Source: Chlorokybus atmophyticus
Taxonomy: Eukaryota; Plantae; Mesostigma and Chlorokybus algae
Direction of reading: 5' to 3'
Length of the DNA: 64,000 bases
NCBI GenBank assembly: GCA_009103225.1
Contig: RHPI01001517.1
Coordinates: 198,505 to 262,504, forward strand
Shown in pieces: positions 24,901-35,445 of the stretch. How positions within the stretch are numbered: the first letter of the stretch is position 1; each line of letters opens with the position of its first letter. The notes below the pieces were generated by a model. It was not told where the DNA came from. It ran no database searches and was given only the letters and a program-made list of their open reading frames with translations. Both the position numbers and the translations under genes were made by a program.

Positions 24901-27900
24901 TGGTGCCCCTGCGTGCCATCATCCGGCCATCAATGAAGCGTGTTTGGGTGAGTGCATGCTAACTCCCATTTGGGCTGATCGAGCAATGCCTCTGTCGTAC
25001 CATGGATGGTACGACAGAGCCATTGTACGGCAATCGCTGGGGTTGGACGAGAGATGCCTCTGTCGTACCATAAATGTTACGACACAACCATTGGTAACAA
25101 TGGTTGTACGAAGCATGCATGGCACGAATGCATAAGTCGTACCATCAACCATAGGAGCAAGGACGCACTACAAGTGCGACTCTAGTGCGGGACTCTAGAC
25201 GTTCAAAACCGCCTCATTTTCGTTTTCGCGCCTCATACATTCGGGCGGGCCAACCGGCGGCGGCAGCGTTGGAGGCGGCAGCGCCACTTACAGCTAAACA
25301 GGCGGCACCCGACTATCAGTTGGAGAGATGCCTCGTGGTCCATCCGTAAGTGCACCTCGTCGTGGAGGTCGGCGCCAGTTGTCCACATTGCCCCCAGTGT
25401 TCAACCAGGCAACCGTCGCCAACCAATCGCAGCAAGACCCCGCGCTAACGCCCAGCACATCACAACAACTCCACCTGACACCGCAGTCGCAAGGGCAAGC
25501 TAGACTGCATGCGTTCTTGATGCACTGTGCACGTTGCTTCTTGCTCAACTTCTAACTTGGATGCTTGCTTCTATCATGACTAGCACAGTGACTCACTGCA
25601 TGCGTTCTGGATACACTGTGCACGTTGTTCTTCTTTTGCAACTGTGAGGGTTGCATCTTTCATGGCTGGCAGCATGACTCATGTGGTTGTGCTTGCAGAG
25701 GGTCGATTGGAACCCCCAACCCAAACGCATTTGGCCGTGACGTGGCAACCTCGGCCGTCAGCAACCCTTCCCCAAGCAAGTGGAAGATTGGCAACGAGGT
25801 AAGCACTGTGTGACACTGTGACACTGTGTGTATGTGTGTAACGGATTGTTCTTCTGTGGACAGCATTTGCGAGATGCCGTCGTTGAAATCATAAACGGCC
25901 ACTGGGTAGAGAGCCACGTTTATCCCAAGGAGGACACTATTCGTAACGTCATGTGTCAGGTGCTGTGAATGCTTCATGACCGCACTGCACCGTGACACTG
26001 ACCAACCTGCCCGTGACAGGTAGTTGGCTTCGACCATGACGACGAGGCCGATGCGGCCAAGTTCTATGAGGTGTACTGGACTCCCAAGGAGTGCCCCTTC
26101 CACTGGAGTGTCGCCCTGAAGAAAGCTACGCAGGTCCGGTCTGAGAACGTCACCAAGATCAAGCATGTCCTTGAGAAGGAGTACAAGTGGACACTGTTTA
26201 ACAGCAACAAGCGCAAGTGAGTTGGGTCCCTCACCACCATGTCTGCTATGCAACACTGCCTTCTTACTCAGCCTCCATACACACGTACTCATCTCGCCTA
26301 TTGTAACCGATTCAATCAGGCACATCGACGCCCTAATGGACCCCGAGACCCAAAAAGCCCAGATGCGCAACGCGCTCCAAAGTAAGTCACAGGCACTATT
26401 CTAGCCTGGTGCAGGCTCAACTTGAACTATCTATTTCGTGACTAATGCCTTGTCGGTATGACTGTCGCAGACAAGTCATGGCGGAGATTTGAGGTGACCG
26501 ACACTGCAGACCCGGAGCGGAGGAGATACATCCATGAATGGGGCAATCCCATAATCTGGCAAATGATCGTGCAATGCTGGTCTTACGCCGTCACTACACC
26601 TGGTCGCCGGCAGCTGACAGTCAACCACCTCGCATACCTGTTGCTTACGGTGAGCACTCTGGACTCCATCATTAGCAATTCAGGAACGCTATAGCCCCAA
26701 ACTACAGGCTTGCAGACGCGTTGCAGTGAATAGTGGCTTTCGATGCCACTAAGACATGCCTGTAAACTACGCAGGTGGAGCGCATCCTAAAGGGCAAGGA
26801 TGGAGACCCTCTCCTAGCTGCCAGCATAGACACACATGAAGAGTACCTCAGCGAAATCAACACCATGATCATGTCAATGAAGCGGGAGATGAGGCAACGG
26901 TACGCAGCCCTCCAGCCATTCACCCTTGTGAAACGCCGCACTGCATCTTGTGTCGAATACCTGAAAGATCCCAATCGGCGCCGGCCGCAAGAGACAGCAG
27001 CTCGTGACCCGCTCGCTGAGGCAGAAGCGGCATTTGATTGGCTGGCACAACCGTTTGAGGAGGAAGAGCAAGCTCCGGCGTCTCCTCCACAGGCCCCAGC
27101 GCGTGGTGCTTTGTTCCGTAGTGACGACACCAGCGATGATGGAGAGGAGCTGTAGCGCAGTTGGTAGTCCGTTTAGCCGGTAGTGTACATAGCTACAAGG
27201 CTCTTGTGACTGAGTGTTGTGCATCTTAAACCAGCTCAGTCAATCGTCATTATGCTCATGCACATCAATACTTGCATCCCTATGATATACAACAGAACTG
27301 CATTCGAGTCACATAATCGAACTACAAGCCTTGGCAAGTGACTGAGAGACACTGTACACATTTCAGGTACATGTACACAGCACAGGCACATAACAATGCT
27401 GGAAGTCAGTGACAGTCGCGTGTAGTCAAGCTATGCAAATACATATGACGACAGTTAGGCATTGGTCTCCTTCAGTTGTTAAAGAATGCCTTATTTTGTC
27501 GATAACTACCTAGTTGGTGCTAGTGAATTAGGCTTAGTCGCCTGCGCTGGACTGGTGTGTAACCTGCAGGTGCCTGTCACATAGGCTGAGTCACCTAGGT
27601 AAGACTGATGTGTAACTTACAGGTGCCCGTTGATTAGTTGTAGTCACCTAATAAGGCCTGATGTGTAACTAACAGTTGCCTGTAAATTACACAAAGTCAT
27701 TTGTTAAGGCCTGGTGTGTGACTAACAGGTGCCTGTTCATTCTATAAAGTCACCTGTTAAGGCCTGATAGGTAATTAACAGGCGCCTGTTAGTTAGACAA
27801 AGTCAACTGTTAAAAACTAAATTGCAACAAAAAGGGCCTTACAGTAACGAAAGTTACTATTAGGTCCCTGTATCAAGATTACAGGTGGCCTGAGCCACGA

Positions 27901-28269
27901 CAGTCTAAATTAGCGTCCTCAGGTGCACGGCCGTAGCCAATATTTAGTCGGCCGGCAGGGAAAACATATTGCGACGATGTCTATGCCCAAAACTCTGTTT
28001 GTATATGTACACATGTGCATGTGCAAATGTGCACACGCATTTGTTCGTCACAAGCAGCATGCCACTCTCGCCCCACCTGATACTCGTGTGGTTCTGTGTA
28101 CAGCTACATCTGCTCCCAGTGCGGCTACCTGTTCATTGAGAAGTCCGAAGGAAAGAGGTTCGACGACCTGCCAGAGGACTACAAGTGCCCTCGCTGCGAT
28201 GCCCCAAAGGAGGCCTTCGAGATGTCTGACGGTGACAGCACTGAGTCTCCTAATGTCCAGAGTGGTTGA
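12941..28269 (+). CDS. Plastid-targeted rubredoxin-like protein, join(12941..13036,13124..13251,28104..28269); intron 2 contains the giant transposon
   Basis: Exon 1 MALAMSSAMCMPTTTAKTVSARPALKLVLGQK is transit-peptide-like. Exon 2 ends CAA TAT AC|gtaagt and exon 3 begins tacag|C TAC ATC TGC, giving in-frame TYICSQCGYLF...FDDLPEDYKCPRCDAPKEAF. This has two CxxC motifs and the rubredoxin F.DLP..W/Y.CP.C pattern. Confidence 0.9.
13993..14845 (-). CDS. Transposon accessory gene A, multi-exon, coiled-coil/acidic, unknown function
   Basis: GT-AG exons IAMLVRVNQEQRGRLTVCLAECNKAEDE| and VVTLKATIKRMRVHGEALTFKLKDEV...EEQEEGV*. Upstream low-complexity exon ~14580-14845. Divergent from the transposase; start uncertain. 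Confidence 0.5.
15355..18489 (+). CDS. Plavaka-family transposase, intron-containing, with N-terminal C2H2 zinc finger; frame break near 17871
   Basis: N-terminus CPYCHMRFATRSSVYMH. Core HPSTGDWW, PAILYSDKT...GYPLMASLAN, NYISDLQ|E, HQLTHF...G...FS...EQTH match recalled Plavaka transposase motifs. The C-terminal PWFS...WWAQALFF...VFVRWY domain is in a shifted frame. Confidence 0.8.
18693..20399 (-). CDS. Tudor domain-C5 cytosine DNA methyltransferase fusion (transposon cargo), possibly with N-terminal Cys-rich exon
   Basis: Tudor: LIGVSVMVHWPLDGEWYAGVVESFKQAS|GQHRIVFDDGD, with an in-frame ~75-nt intron. MTase motifs: I LNLFCGGGG, IV WASPPCQ, VI IENVPG, VIII RHRLFE, X IANAVPP. The upstream exon structure (19950-20399) is tentative. 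Confidence 0.88.
20883..21899 (-). CDS. RING-type zinc finger exon/ORF (transposon cargo)
   Basis: C-terminal CVLIC...PCCKKAMCHVC...ACPFC RING-like Cys/His pattern in a 336-aa open frame. Confidence 0.7.
   Translation of the reverse strand, partial: RQVAAQHRPERQPVRHELPKLKAPTRRRFGGLTRSAKELITLQYAQDALHHRMRHASRWVTKVCNKWEQTRRMRSKQTSGDWPWLEPIHDMAIRSTLLPLAVLDMMVLLLPQHPGNVQELSAEQNFDLLQQMYLSMSTNAGRDVCHYLSKHTGWQVKPFELYLACFGWQWLYVIRHVELILWKLEENDDAGEYTSDDSHVEGLDERMLDETTKTSRWCMAADGRQVIEQAVERYAAPFRWESLRLRRDNRVWWQRQLAHPRAPCVLICRIEEPPPPPDGETPCCKKAMCHVCIIAHQKTVANKSKNLQACPFCKQPHPFWSPRLMQDANVSAVIWPPP
21952..23285 (-). CDS. OTU-like cysteine protease domain exon (transposon cargo)
   Basis: APTDGNCFYHCV (OTU catalytic D-x-x-C box), YVEHLQMTMFANKLGLLI, and downstream EAHFWLL (catalytic His-like), followed by a Pro/Ser-rich and basic tail. 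Confidence 0.75.
23345..24900 (-). CDS. Upstream exons of the putative ZnF-OTU-RING gene (C2H2-like finger plus coiled coil)
   Basis: WGCPTCITNIGQTSRQAIKDHLHTESC followed by LQQGVDQELQSLEPLVRTMRDQLRLWEQAQRNAE|gt. Further GT-AG exons (...SPRAIE|gt, ...GSLPQTQ|gt) have a phase compatible with the OTU frame. Start not resolved. Confidence 0.5.
25328..27155 (+). CDS. Transposon accessory gene E, multi-exon, unknown function
   Basis: Consecutive GT-AG exons: ...SKWKIGNE|HLRDAVVEIINGHWVESHVYPKEDTI|VVGFDHDDEADAAKFYEVYWTPKECPFHW...|HIDALMDPETQK...|KSWRRFEVTD...LLLT|VERILKGKDG...DGEEL*. Conserved in the second copy. Confidence 0.65.
27547..27811. repeat. Subterminal tandem array, five ~53-bp units
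   Basis: Unit starts at 27601, 27653, 27706 and 27759 (plus a degenerate first unit). Consensus AAGGCCTGRTGTGTAACTAACAGGTGCCTGT-(variable)-AGTCACCTGTT. Also present inverted at ~51730-51995. Confidence 0.85.
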
Positions 28270-29545
28270 AGAAGCGTGCACCTGCCCCAATGTCCACTAG
28301 CACTTTCGTCGTTTTCACCCCAACTACAGGGCACTTCCTATATATACTGTTGGTTGAGGTAGTTCCGTACAACTTTGTACAACACAGACCCCGAAACCTG
28401 GACATGCTGTGGGTAGCTAGTTGACTGAATAACATGTCTACGTTTGCGTGCTTATCCTCGTCTGGTTTTGCGGATGAGAGTATTGCAACAACACATTTTC
28501 AAAGGTGTATACATGTGGAGCTGGCCGGATGTTGTTGTAACACGCTTACAGCTGACACTACGTACAGTCTTCCCAGTGACCACCGTTGTGCACTACTGTA
28601 TGTACATGTGCGCATACAATAAGATTGTCCATGTGTGATTGTTTACACAGCCAGTGCCACACCAAAGATGACGCACACTTTCATATGGCTACTAACAACT
28701 TGTTCATGCTTATGATGTGTTGTTTTGTGAACAATGGGAGACACGTTGGTACATGCTACAACTAACAATTCGAGTAATGGGAGCAAAGCTTGTGCGCACT
28801 CACATTTTGTCCTCTCAGTTTGTCAAACATCAGCTACCCCTTGCACGCCACCATGCAACATTCAGTTCAGTACCAGGCGCTTTCGCCACAGTTTCCAACA
28901 TCAACCAACCGTCACCGCCGCCAAGAAGCGAGCGGAGTGCAGTACCAACATAGGCATGCCCCTCCATTCTCCACGTCAAGCGCACACAGCAGCTTGCGTA
29001 CACAAGTCAAGCGAGTATATGCTTATTGCAACCCCTGCTCAAGTAACTTCGCGTTCTCGTACCCAGCTTGCGAGCGATGGGGGAGTTGAATACAGTGTAG
29101 TCCCAAGCGGTAAGGCCTAAGCTCAACCTTGAGCCTACGCTCTTGGTTGTACTCTTGGGACTGTCTTGTGCGTTCCTGTGCGAGTTGGCATTGTAGCTGT
29201 GCACGTTGACAGGAAACGCGGCTTCATGCTGTGCGTGACAGCTGCCACTGCACCGGCTGCTTGTGTTTGATGTGACGCTGTCAGCAGAGCTCCCGTGTTG
29301 TTCTACAAGCGCCAAGTGATGATGGCCGCTGGCCTGCTGCCTGGCAGGCAGCAGCCAATCTGCGTAGCCATCAAGCCACCAAGTCATGATGGCTTGCTGG
29401 CATGATGGCTGCATGGTCAAGCAGCCAGCTGCGTTGTCAGACATGCGCTGGGCTCAAATACACCGTAAGCAAGAAGGTCACAGCTTGCAGCACTGCGCGT
29501 GGACTTGTGCGCTCTTGCTGAAAAGCTCCGAGAGTTGTGCGAGCA

Positions 29546-32500
29546 ATGAAGAAGATAGGCACTTCTCGTGTGAATCCTGCTTTCGGCTGTGCAGCTGTTT
29601 TGCTCTTGCATGCATGTTGTCTAGCTCGCACTGTTTCTGGGCAGGCCACAACGGTAAATGACAGCTGCTTTTCCTATTACAGCACTTTGCCTTTATGTTG
29701 ATCTCTTTGCACTGTGGCAAGCTTGCATGTATTGCTTGCATGCATATATAAACTGCATGGCTGTGTGGGTGCTTCAGAACAAGTATTGCTTGCGCAGGGG
29801 CTGCCAACAGCGGTGTTTGCCTTTGGAGACTCCATCGCCACCTCATACCCAGACAGCATAGGTACGTAGTTGTGCGGTTTTCTGTTTTATTCACCGAGAA
29901 GTATTTGCACAGTGTTTGCCATTCATGCTCATGCTTACCAGCCTCAGGCTAGTGAAGAAAGTTTGCAATCCAGACTTGCTATTTGCTTGCTACTTACTTG
30001 TTTAACAAACGGTCATGCTAGGAACAGTGACCCACCGCAAGTATAAACTAGTCTGCATACCACGTTTAACATATGCTACAGCTTAGAGTAACAAACCAAG
30101 AGTTTCTAGACCTATGCCTTCGCCGTTGTTGTTGTTCATCGCCGTCGTGATTTGAATTAGTCAACCTTGCTCTGCTCTCACCCTCATCTGTGTCGCTCTG
30201 CAGCCAACATCTTAGGCTCCACCTCCGGTACCCCGCTCCCAACTGTTGTGGACTCACCTCCCGCTGACGGGGGCGTGAACACATACGTCACGGGCGCAGA
30301 ATTCTCTTCCAATGGAAGCTCACCAGACAGCCTCAATACACAGGTACGGAGCGTATATGTTCTTCATCGCGTTGGCTATTAAGGTTGGGTTGGGTTGATG
30401 GTTGGGGGAGAATCGTTTGGTCAACTAGGTGGGGACCTTCCTCAGCCTGCTTAGAGGTGGATACCTCCAACCCACGCAGTTTTCTTCAGCTGTTTACGTC
30501 ACTGGCACGGGCTCGGATGCATTGGCGGCAGCAGTGTCAACGCCTGGCTTCGATATTGTGGTATGAAAACGCCCGCAAACCCGCACACACCCGCACACAC
30601 AGATGCAGGCACACACAGCCGCACACAGACATACCCTTGTATGCACGTGCGCACACAGACGGATGCACATGCGCACTCACACACACACACATGCGCACGC
30701 ACGCGCGTGCATGCGCACGCAAGCGCATGCACACGCACACCTTTGCAACATGTGTCAGCTTGCCAACTGTTTTACGTTACAGGCGTTCGTGTCAGATGCA
30801 GCAACGGCAATGTTAACCACCTTAAGAACGCTATTTGCTGCCGGGGCGCGCGTGTTTGTGATCATCGGCGTGCCTGCACTGGGCTCCAGTCCTGTGTATC
30901 AACAAAACGAGCAACCGAACATCACCATCAATGTTGCTGCTGAGGCCGTAAATGCGGCCCTGCAGATTGTCATATCCATTTTCAACAACGAAAGCTCCAC
31001 TGCAAACATCGTATACGCCGACACCTTCTCTACCACTTTTGCCAACCCAAACGTTTGGGATGACAACACAGCAACAATCAGCAGCCAGTTTGCTGCTACG
31101 CTCGCTTCCCTCACTTTCTCAGGTTTTGTTGGGTGATGCACACACGCACGCAATAAGTTTTGAAACACAAGTTGTGATGTGTTATCCTTTGTTGTGGCCG
31201 TGACTTGCTGTTTGTCCACAGTTGATGCTGAGGGTTTCACTGTGGCTTCGCCCCGGACTCTTAGCGATGCACTAAGGTTTGGCGTGGATCTGGTTGTGTC
31301 TCGCGTCTCATTGAATGTAAGCGCTCAGCCACCCACACACGTGTTCCCCGCAGGTGAGTACTACCTAGCTTACCAGTATTATATGCAGACACGCATGCAC
31401 ACATGTTATTCGTGTCGTCCCATGCACATGCACACCACACACATACACTTACCATGTTTTGGTATTGCAGGTCGCATATATGACGGTCGCGCCCTTGGTT
31501 TCCTTACAGATGCAGATTTGGCGTTCACCCGTGTGGAGATCGACACATGTGGGCTTTTCGGCCCCCTGTTCGTGCGCAACGCCAACTCATATTTCTTTAT
31601 GGTCAACGGCACAGCGCGCATCGGCCTCGCCAACGGGCTGAATGCATTCGCGGACCCGTTTTCTAACACAACGTCCATCACGTCGTTGGACTCGTTTATT
31701 GTGCCTGTGGGCTGGCCTTTCTTCATCTATGCGTCTGGAGGCGGGCCGGTGGTACTTGCAGTGTTCCATAAGTTCACAACCAATGAGGTAAGAGTCCGTC
31801 AACTTGACTGGAGTTTCCTCGGCAACGCTGCGCATTTCAACTTGGGGTACCCAAACTTCCTGGTGGCTGCAGAGTACAACCTGACCAGGTACACACACAT
31901 ACATGCTGGTGCACATGTATGCAAGCAGACATGCACTCATGCATGCATGCATGCACAGGCACACACGCGCGTGCACACAAACAACACGCAGACATGACTC
32001 AGCTCTGCTCTCTATTCACTGACTTAGTACTGGTGCTTGCGTTTAGGGCTCAATGGGCAGCCTTCAGCCCCAACCTGCGCTTTGCCTCTGGCGCTGTCAC
32101 GACAGACCCCACTGTTTGCGCCAACAACCCGCCCCCGCCTCCCGTGCCAGGAAACGGACCGGACGGCTCACCCCAGGTTGGTAAAAATGTTTGTGCTATA
32201 CTACTGTATGCTGACATGCAAACGTAGTTGTGCAGTGTATCACAGTTACAGTGCAGTGGTTGGTGGCTGTTGCTGTATGTGATATGCTGTCCCAAGAGCA
32301 TTACACTATACTGCATGTGCTGTATTGCACACATGCTGGCTGTTCAATTGTACTGAGCTAGACTGCAAAACATGGCTCCATGCATACTGAGTATTGAGCA
32401 GTCTACACACTGTAGGGCATCGTGTGCAAGCGCGCATGTGCTTGTGCCAGTGTGTGAATGTGTACGTGGTTGCCACATCATATACCTCGAGTGTTGTCGC

Positions 32501-33447
32501 GACATGCTGCTCTGCGATACAGGGCGACTTCATCCTGCACACATCGAGCCCCAGTTTGCGTCAGGCGTCTTTGCCCTTCGCTACATCTGCCGTCGCTACA
32601 CCGACAACCTTCCCGGAGGTATCCACCGTCGACATCGGCATGTTCCTGGTCAACATGGCTCAAGGCGCGGGCATCGTGACCCACACGCACCCCAACACGA
32701 TCGAGGTGAACTACAATTTCGCCGGCGCGTCCACCACGGAGGTGACGTTCTCCAACGGCACCGCTCTCGCCAACGGAACTGACATCGAACCTGTTGGCAC
32801 ACTCGTCATTGTGCCCAACACTTACATCCACTCACCGATATCGGTTGCGACTGAGAACTACCAGTTTGCATCGTTCTTCTCCACGTACGTGCACATTCTG
32901 TGTGGCTCTGTGTCTGCATATTGCAGCATAGCGCACTATGCATGATCTGCCAAGCACAAGCAAAGCACCATGTAGCACTCTCGGCTTCACGCATCCATGC
33001 ACCACACGTGTAACTGCTGCACTGTGCATCTATCGGGTCACACGGCTTTTTGGAACCATGAGCAAAGGTTGCGAGCGAGTACACCTACTTTGCCTGCAGC
33101 AGTCTTGCATGCAGTAGTTGCTACCGTCGCTGTCACAGCACTGCACACGTCATGCACTCGCTGCACTCACTACTACATTACTCGCCACAACCAGTTGTAC
33201 CTAGCTTATCGTTATATATACACCTGCATGAAATTCACCTAGCTCGCCTTCTTTATGCAGTGCCGACGTCCCGACATCTTTCCTGGACGGTCTCTTCAAC
33301 AATTTGGCCAAGGTGGGTCCCCCCGACATCTTGGGCCAGGCTTTTGGCGGCGTGTCAGGCGACGAGTTCACGGCAACGTTTCTGAATGACAAGAGCTTTG
33401 CGTTCTTCCACCGCGAGCCGCTAGACTCCGACAACCCCATTCAATGA
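29546..33447 (+). CDS. Secreted GDSL/SGNH-like domain fused to two cupin (germin-like) domains
   Basis: Signal peptide MKKIGTSRVNPAFGCAAVLLLHACCLARTVSG. GDSL blocks VFAFGDSI, AVYVTGTGSD, LFAAGARVFVIIGVPALGSSP. Cupin 1 is degenerate (GLFGPLFVRNANSYFFMVNG). Cupin 2 has THTHPNTIEVNY and GTLVIVPNTYIH. Last exon ends DNPIQ* at 33445-47. Confidence 0.8.
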
Positions 33448-35445
33448 GGAAAGGACCGTAGGGAGTGTATGCATGTGCGTGTGTGCGTGTGCGTGCGTGC
33501 TCGTGTGTATGGATGGGAGGGGTGTGTGTGTGTGATGGATGCAGCGTCGTGTAGTGCAGCTGCGTAGTTGTGGTACAAACTGCTCAAGCAGTAGGGTGGG
33601 CAGGTTTTATTCAATATCTGACGATGTGAAGGTATTGTAGAAGTGTCACTTTTGGTTGCTGTTTCTGCAGCTAGATGCAATGCTGAGTACACTCACATTA
33701 CACTTCACTTTTTTTTTATACACGTGATTGCACAAGGCCACGCACAAGTGAGTGTACATGTATGATGCAACGCCCCATTTGCAATGGGTTGACAGTGCTG
33801 GCTGGAAGCGAGAAGGCATGTACAGAACATGCAACATGCATAGCGCGCATGCAAGTCAACAAGCATGCACAAGTAAGCAAACACGCACGTTCACCATCGC
33901 TGTCTTGAAGTCATACACGACCACCATCGGGCTCACGTTTTGGCTAGCTCACCTATTGTTCTTACCATTACTCCTGACACTACCCACCAACCCAACTAGA
34001 CATGTACGCATGCAAGCACACTTGAACATGACCCGCACGCTGTGTTAACATGCAGCGCTGCGATGTAGACCCTAGTACAATTGAGTCACATGTTGCATGG
34101 TTTTCTGTGTGCACAACAGCATGTCAGGTATCATGTACGCACGGCCTTGGGCAGGTATAGAGACTGTGAGAAATGCTTGGGGGTAATGTATGTTAGAATG
34201 GCAGATGTGAGATGCCCACATGCGTAGCAGTGTACAGCGGGTCAGCGGGTACGCGGCCCTGTTCCGGGAGTGGGTGGCTGTGGCGCTGTAACGGGTGCAG
34301 GGACTGGCCCTGTTGGAGCGTGGAGCGGCGGCGGTAGCAGCCGTGCCGGGCTGGAGCCCGCTGCAGACGGGGGAGCTGGCGTCGGAGGTGGACATGGCAA
34401 CGACGGGTGGCTATATGGCTGTCAATAGCATTGCACATGTGATCATGGTTGACTGTGGTATTGTTGTTGTGGGTTAGGCATGGTTAGGCTGTATTGAGAC
34501 TTCTGCATGCGCTTGCAACATCGTCTGAGAGTAGTGTGACCCGGTGGTTGTGTACTGGGTAGGCAGCTACGCATGCTAGCATATTATGTATGTGAGCTAA
34601 GAGGCACGTGTGTACAAAATATGCAATGTGATGCATATGACCGTGCTGACACATGCAATCCACAGCACACATGCAAACGCAATGCACGGCAAAACTCACT
34701 ACCGAGGTTATTTAACCACCGGGCTCCACACCGTCAACCACTAACTCGCTACCAAGCTTTACTACTGCCCTGACCCCCCCCGTTAGACCAGCACGTAGAG
34801 CTGCTGCTGGCATGAGCATAATCAGTATGATCTCTCTTATTAACAACACAGCAACGAAGTGTTCCTGCTATGTATCGTACTATATGCCTACTGCACAACA
34901 CACTGCATGAGCTATGACTGCGCCTGGCATGTTGCATTAGTGCACCTGCGAACTTGTACAAATGTACACTCTCATGCTTCCTGGCTAGATATGCCACTCA
35001 TAGATTGAGTCAGGCAGCTATCAATTGCTCTGTATCGCGCAGATCAGCCATGCATGACAACGGAACGTGTGATGACAACGAAACAATCGTGTTGCTATAT
35101 TACACAGGATAAAACAGACGACACGTCCTTTGGAGCCTATCTTACAGAGGAAGTGTCCAAGTCTGTTAGCAAACACACTGAACAGGAATACGACAGTGGG
35201 CCTGAACTCAAGGAACGCAGCCACACTGCCAGCGCCGCTACCACATATATCACACCTACACACAACATGAATGGGCGGTGATGCCACAAATCCGCCTCAC
35301 CGCATGGCACTAAGAGACAACTACGAGCTTGCACCTCACCTCACGATCTCCACACAAACACTCGCGCAGCAGAAGTGCAGTACACTGGCTGGAGACACTG
35401 CACTTGGCTGACATGGAACAGAGGTTGTTTACAGCAAGTTCTCCT

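Larger units (their letters stand above)
13430..27976 (+). mobile_element. Giant (14,547 bp) cargo-carrying DNA transposon with Plavaka-type transposase
   Basis: TIR CGTCGCAA (13430-13437) / TTGCGACG (27969-27976), flanked by AT (13428-29) and AT (27977-78). ACGGCCGT motifs occur at both subterminal regions. Removing it restores a normal-sized rubredoxin intron. Homology to the second copy ends at essentially the same right terminus (one shared flanking base). Confidence 0.88.

Noticed and set aside
25660-26370. 236-aa minus-strand ORF (and its copy at 53169-53876)
   Set aside because: It is antisense to the spliced exons of gene E and reads through their introns; probably a shadow ORF.
27547-27811. 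CRISPR-like array (conserved repeats with variable centres)
   Set aside because: Eukaryotic context, variable parts only ~10 nt, no cas genes, and it lies in a transposon subterminal region.
13427-27979. Alternative terminus reading: 11-bp TIR CATCGTCGCAA with TC TSD
   Set aside because: The second copy diverges after ...TTGCGACGA, favouring an 8-bp TIR with a 2-bp TSD. More copies are needed to settle this.
34230-34480. GC-rich exon-like island
   Set aside because: Open in several frames, with no recognisable motif or consistent splice partners.
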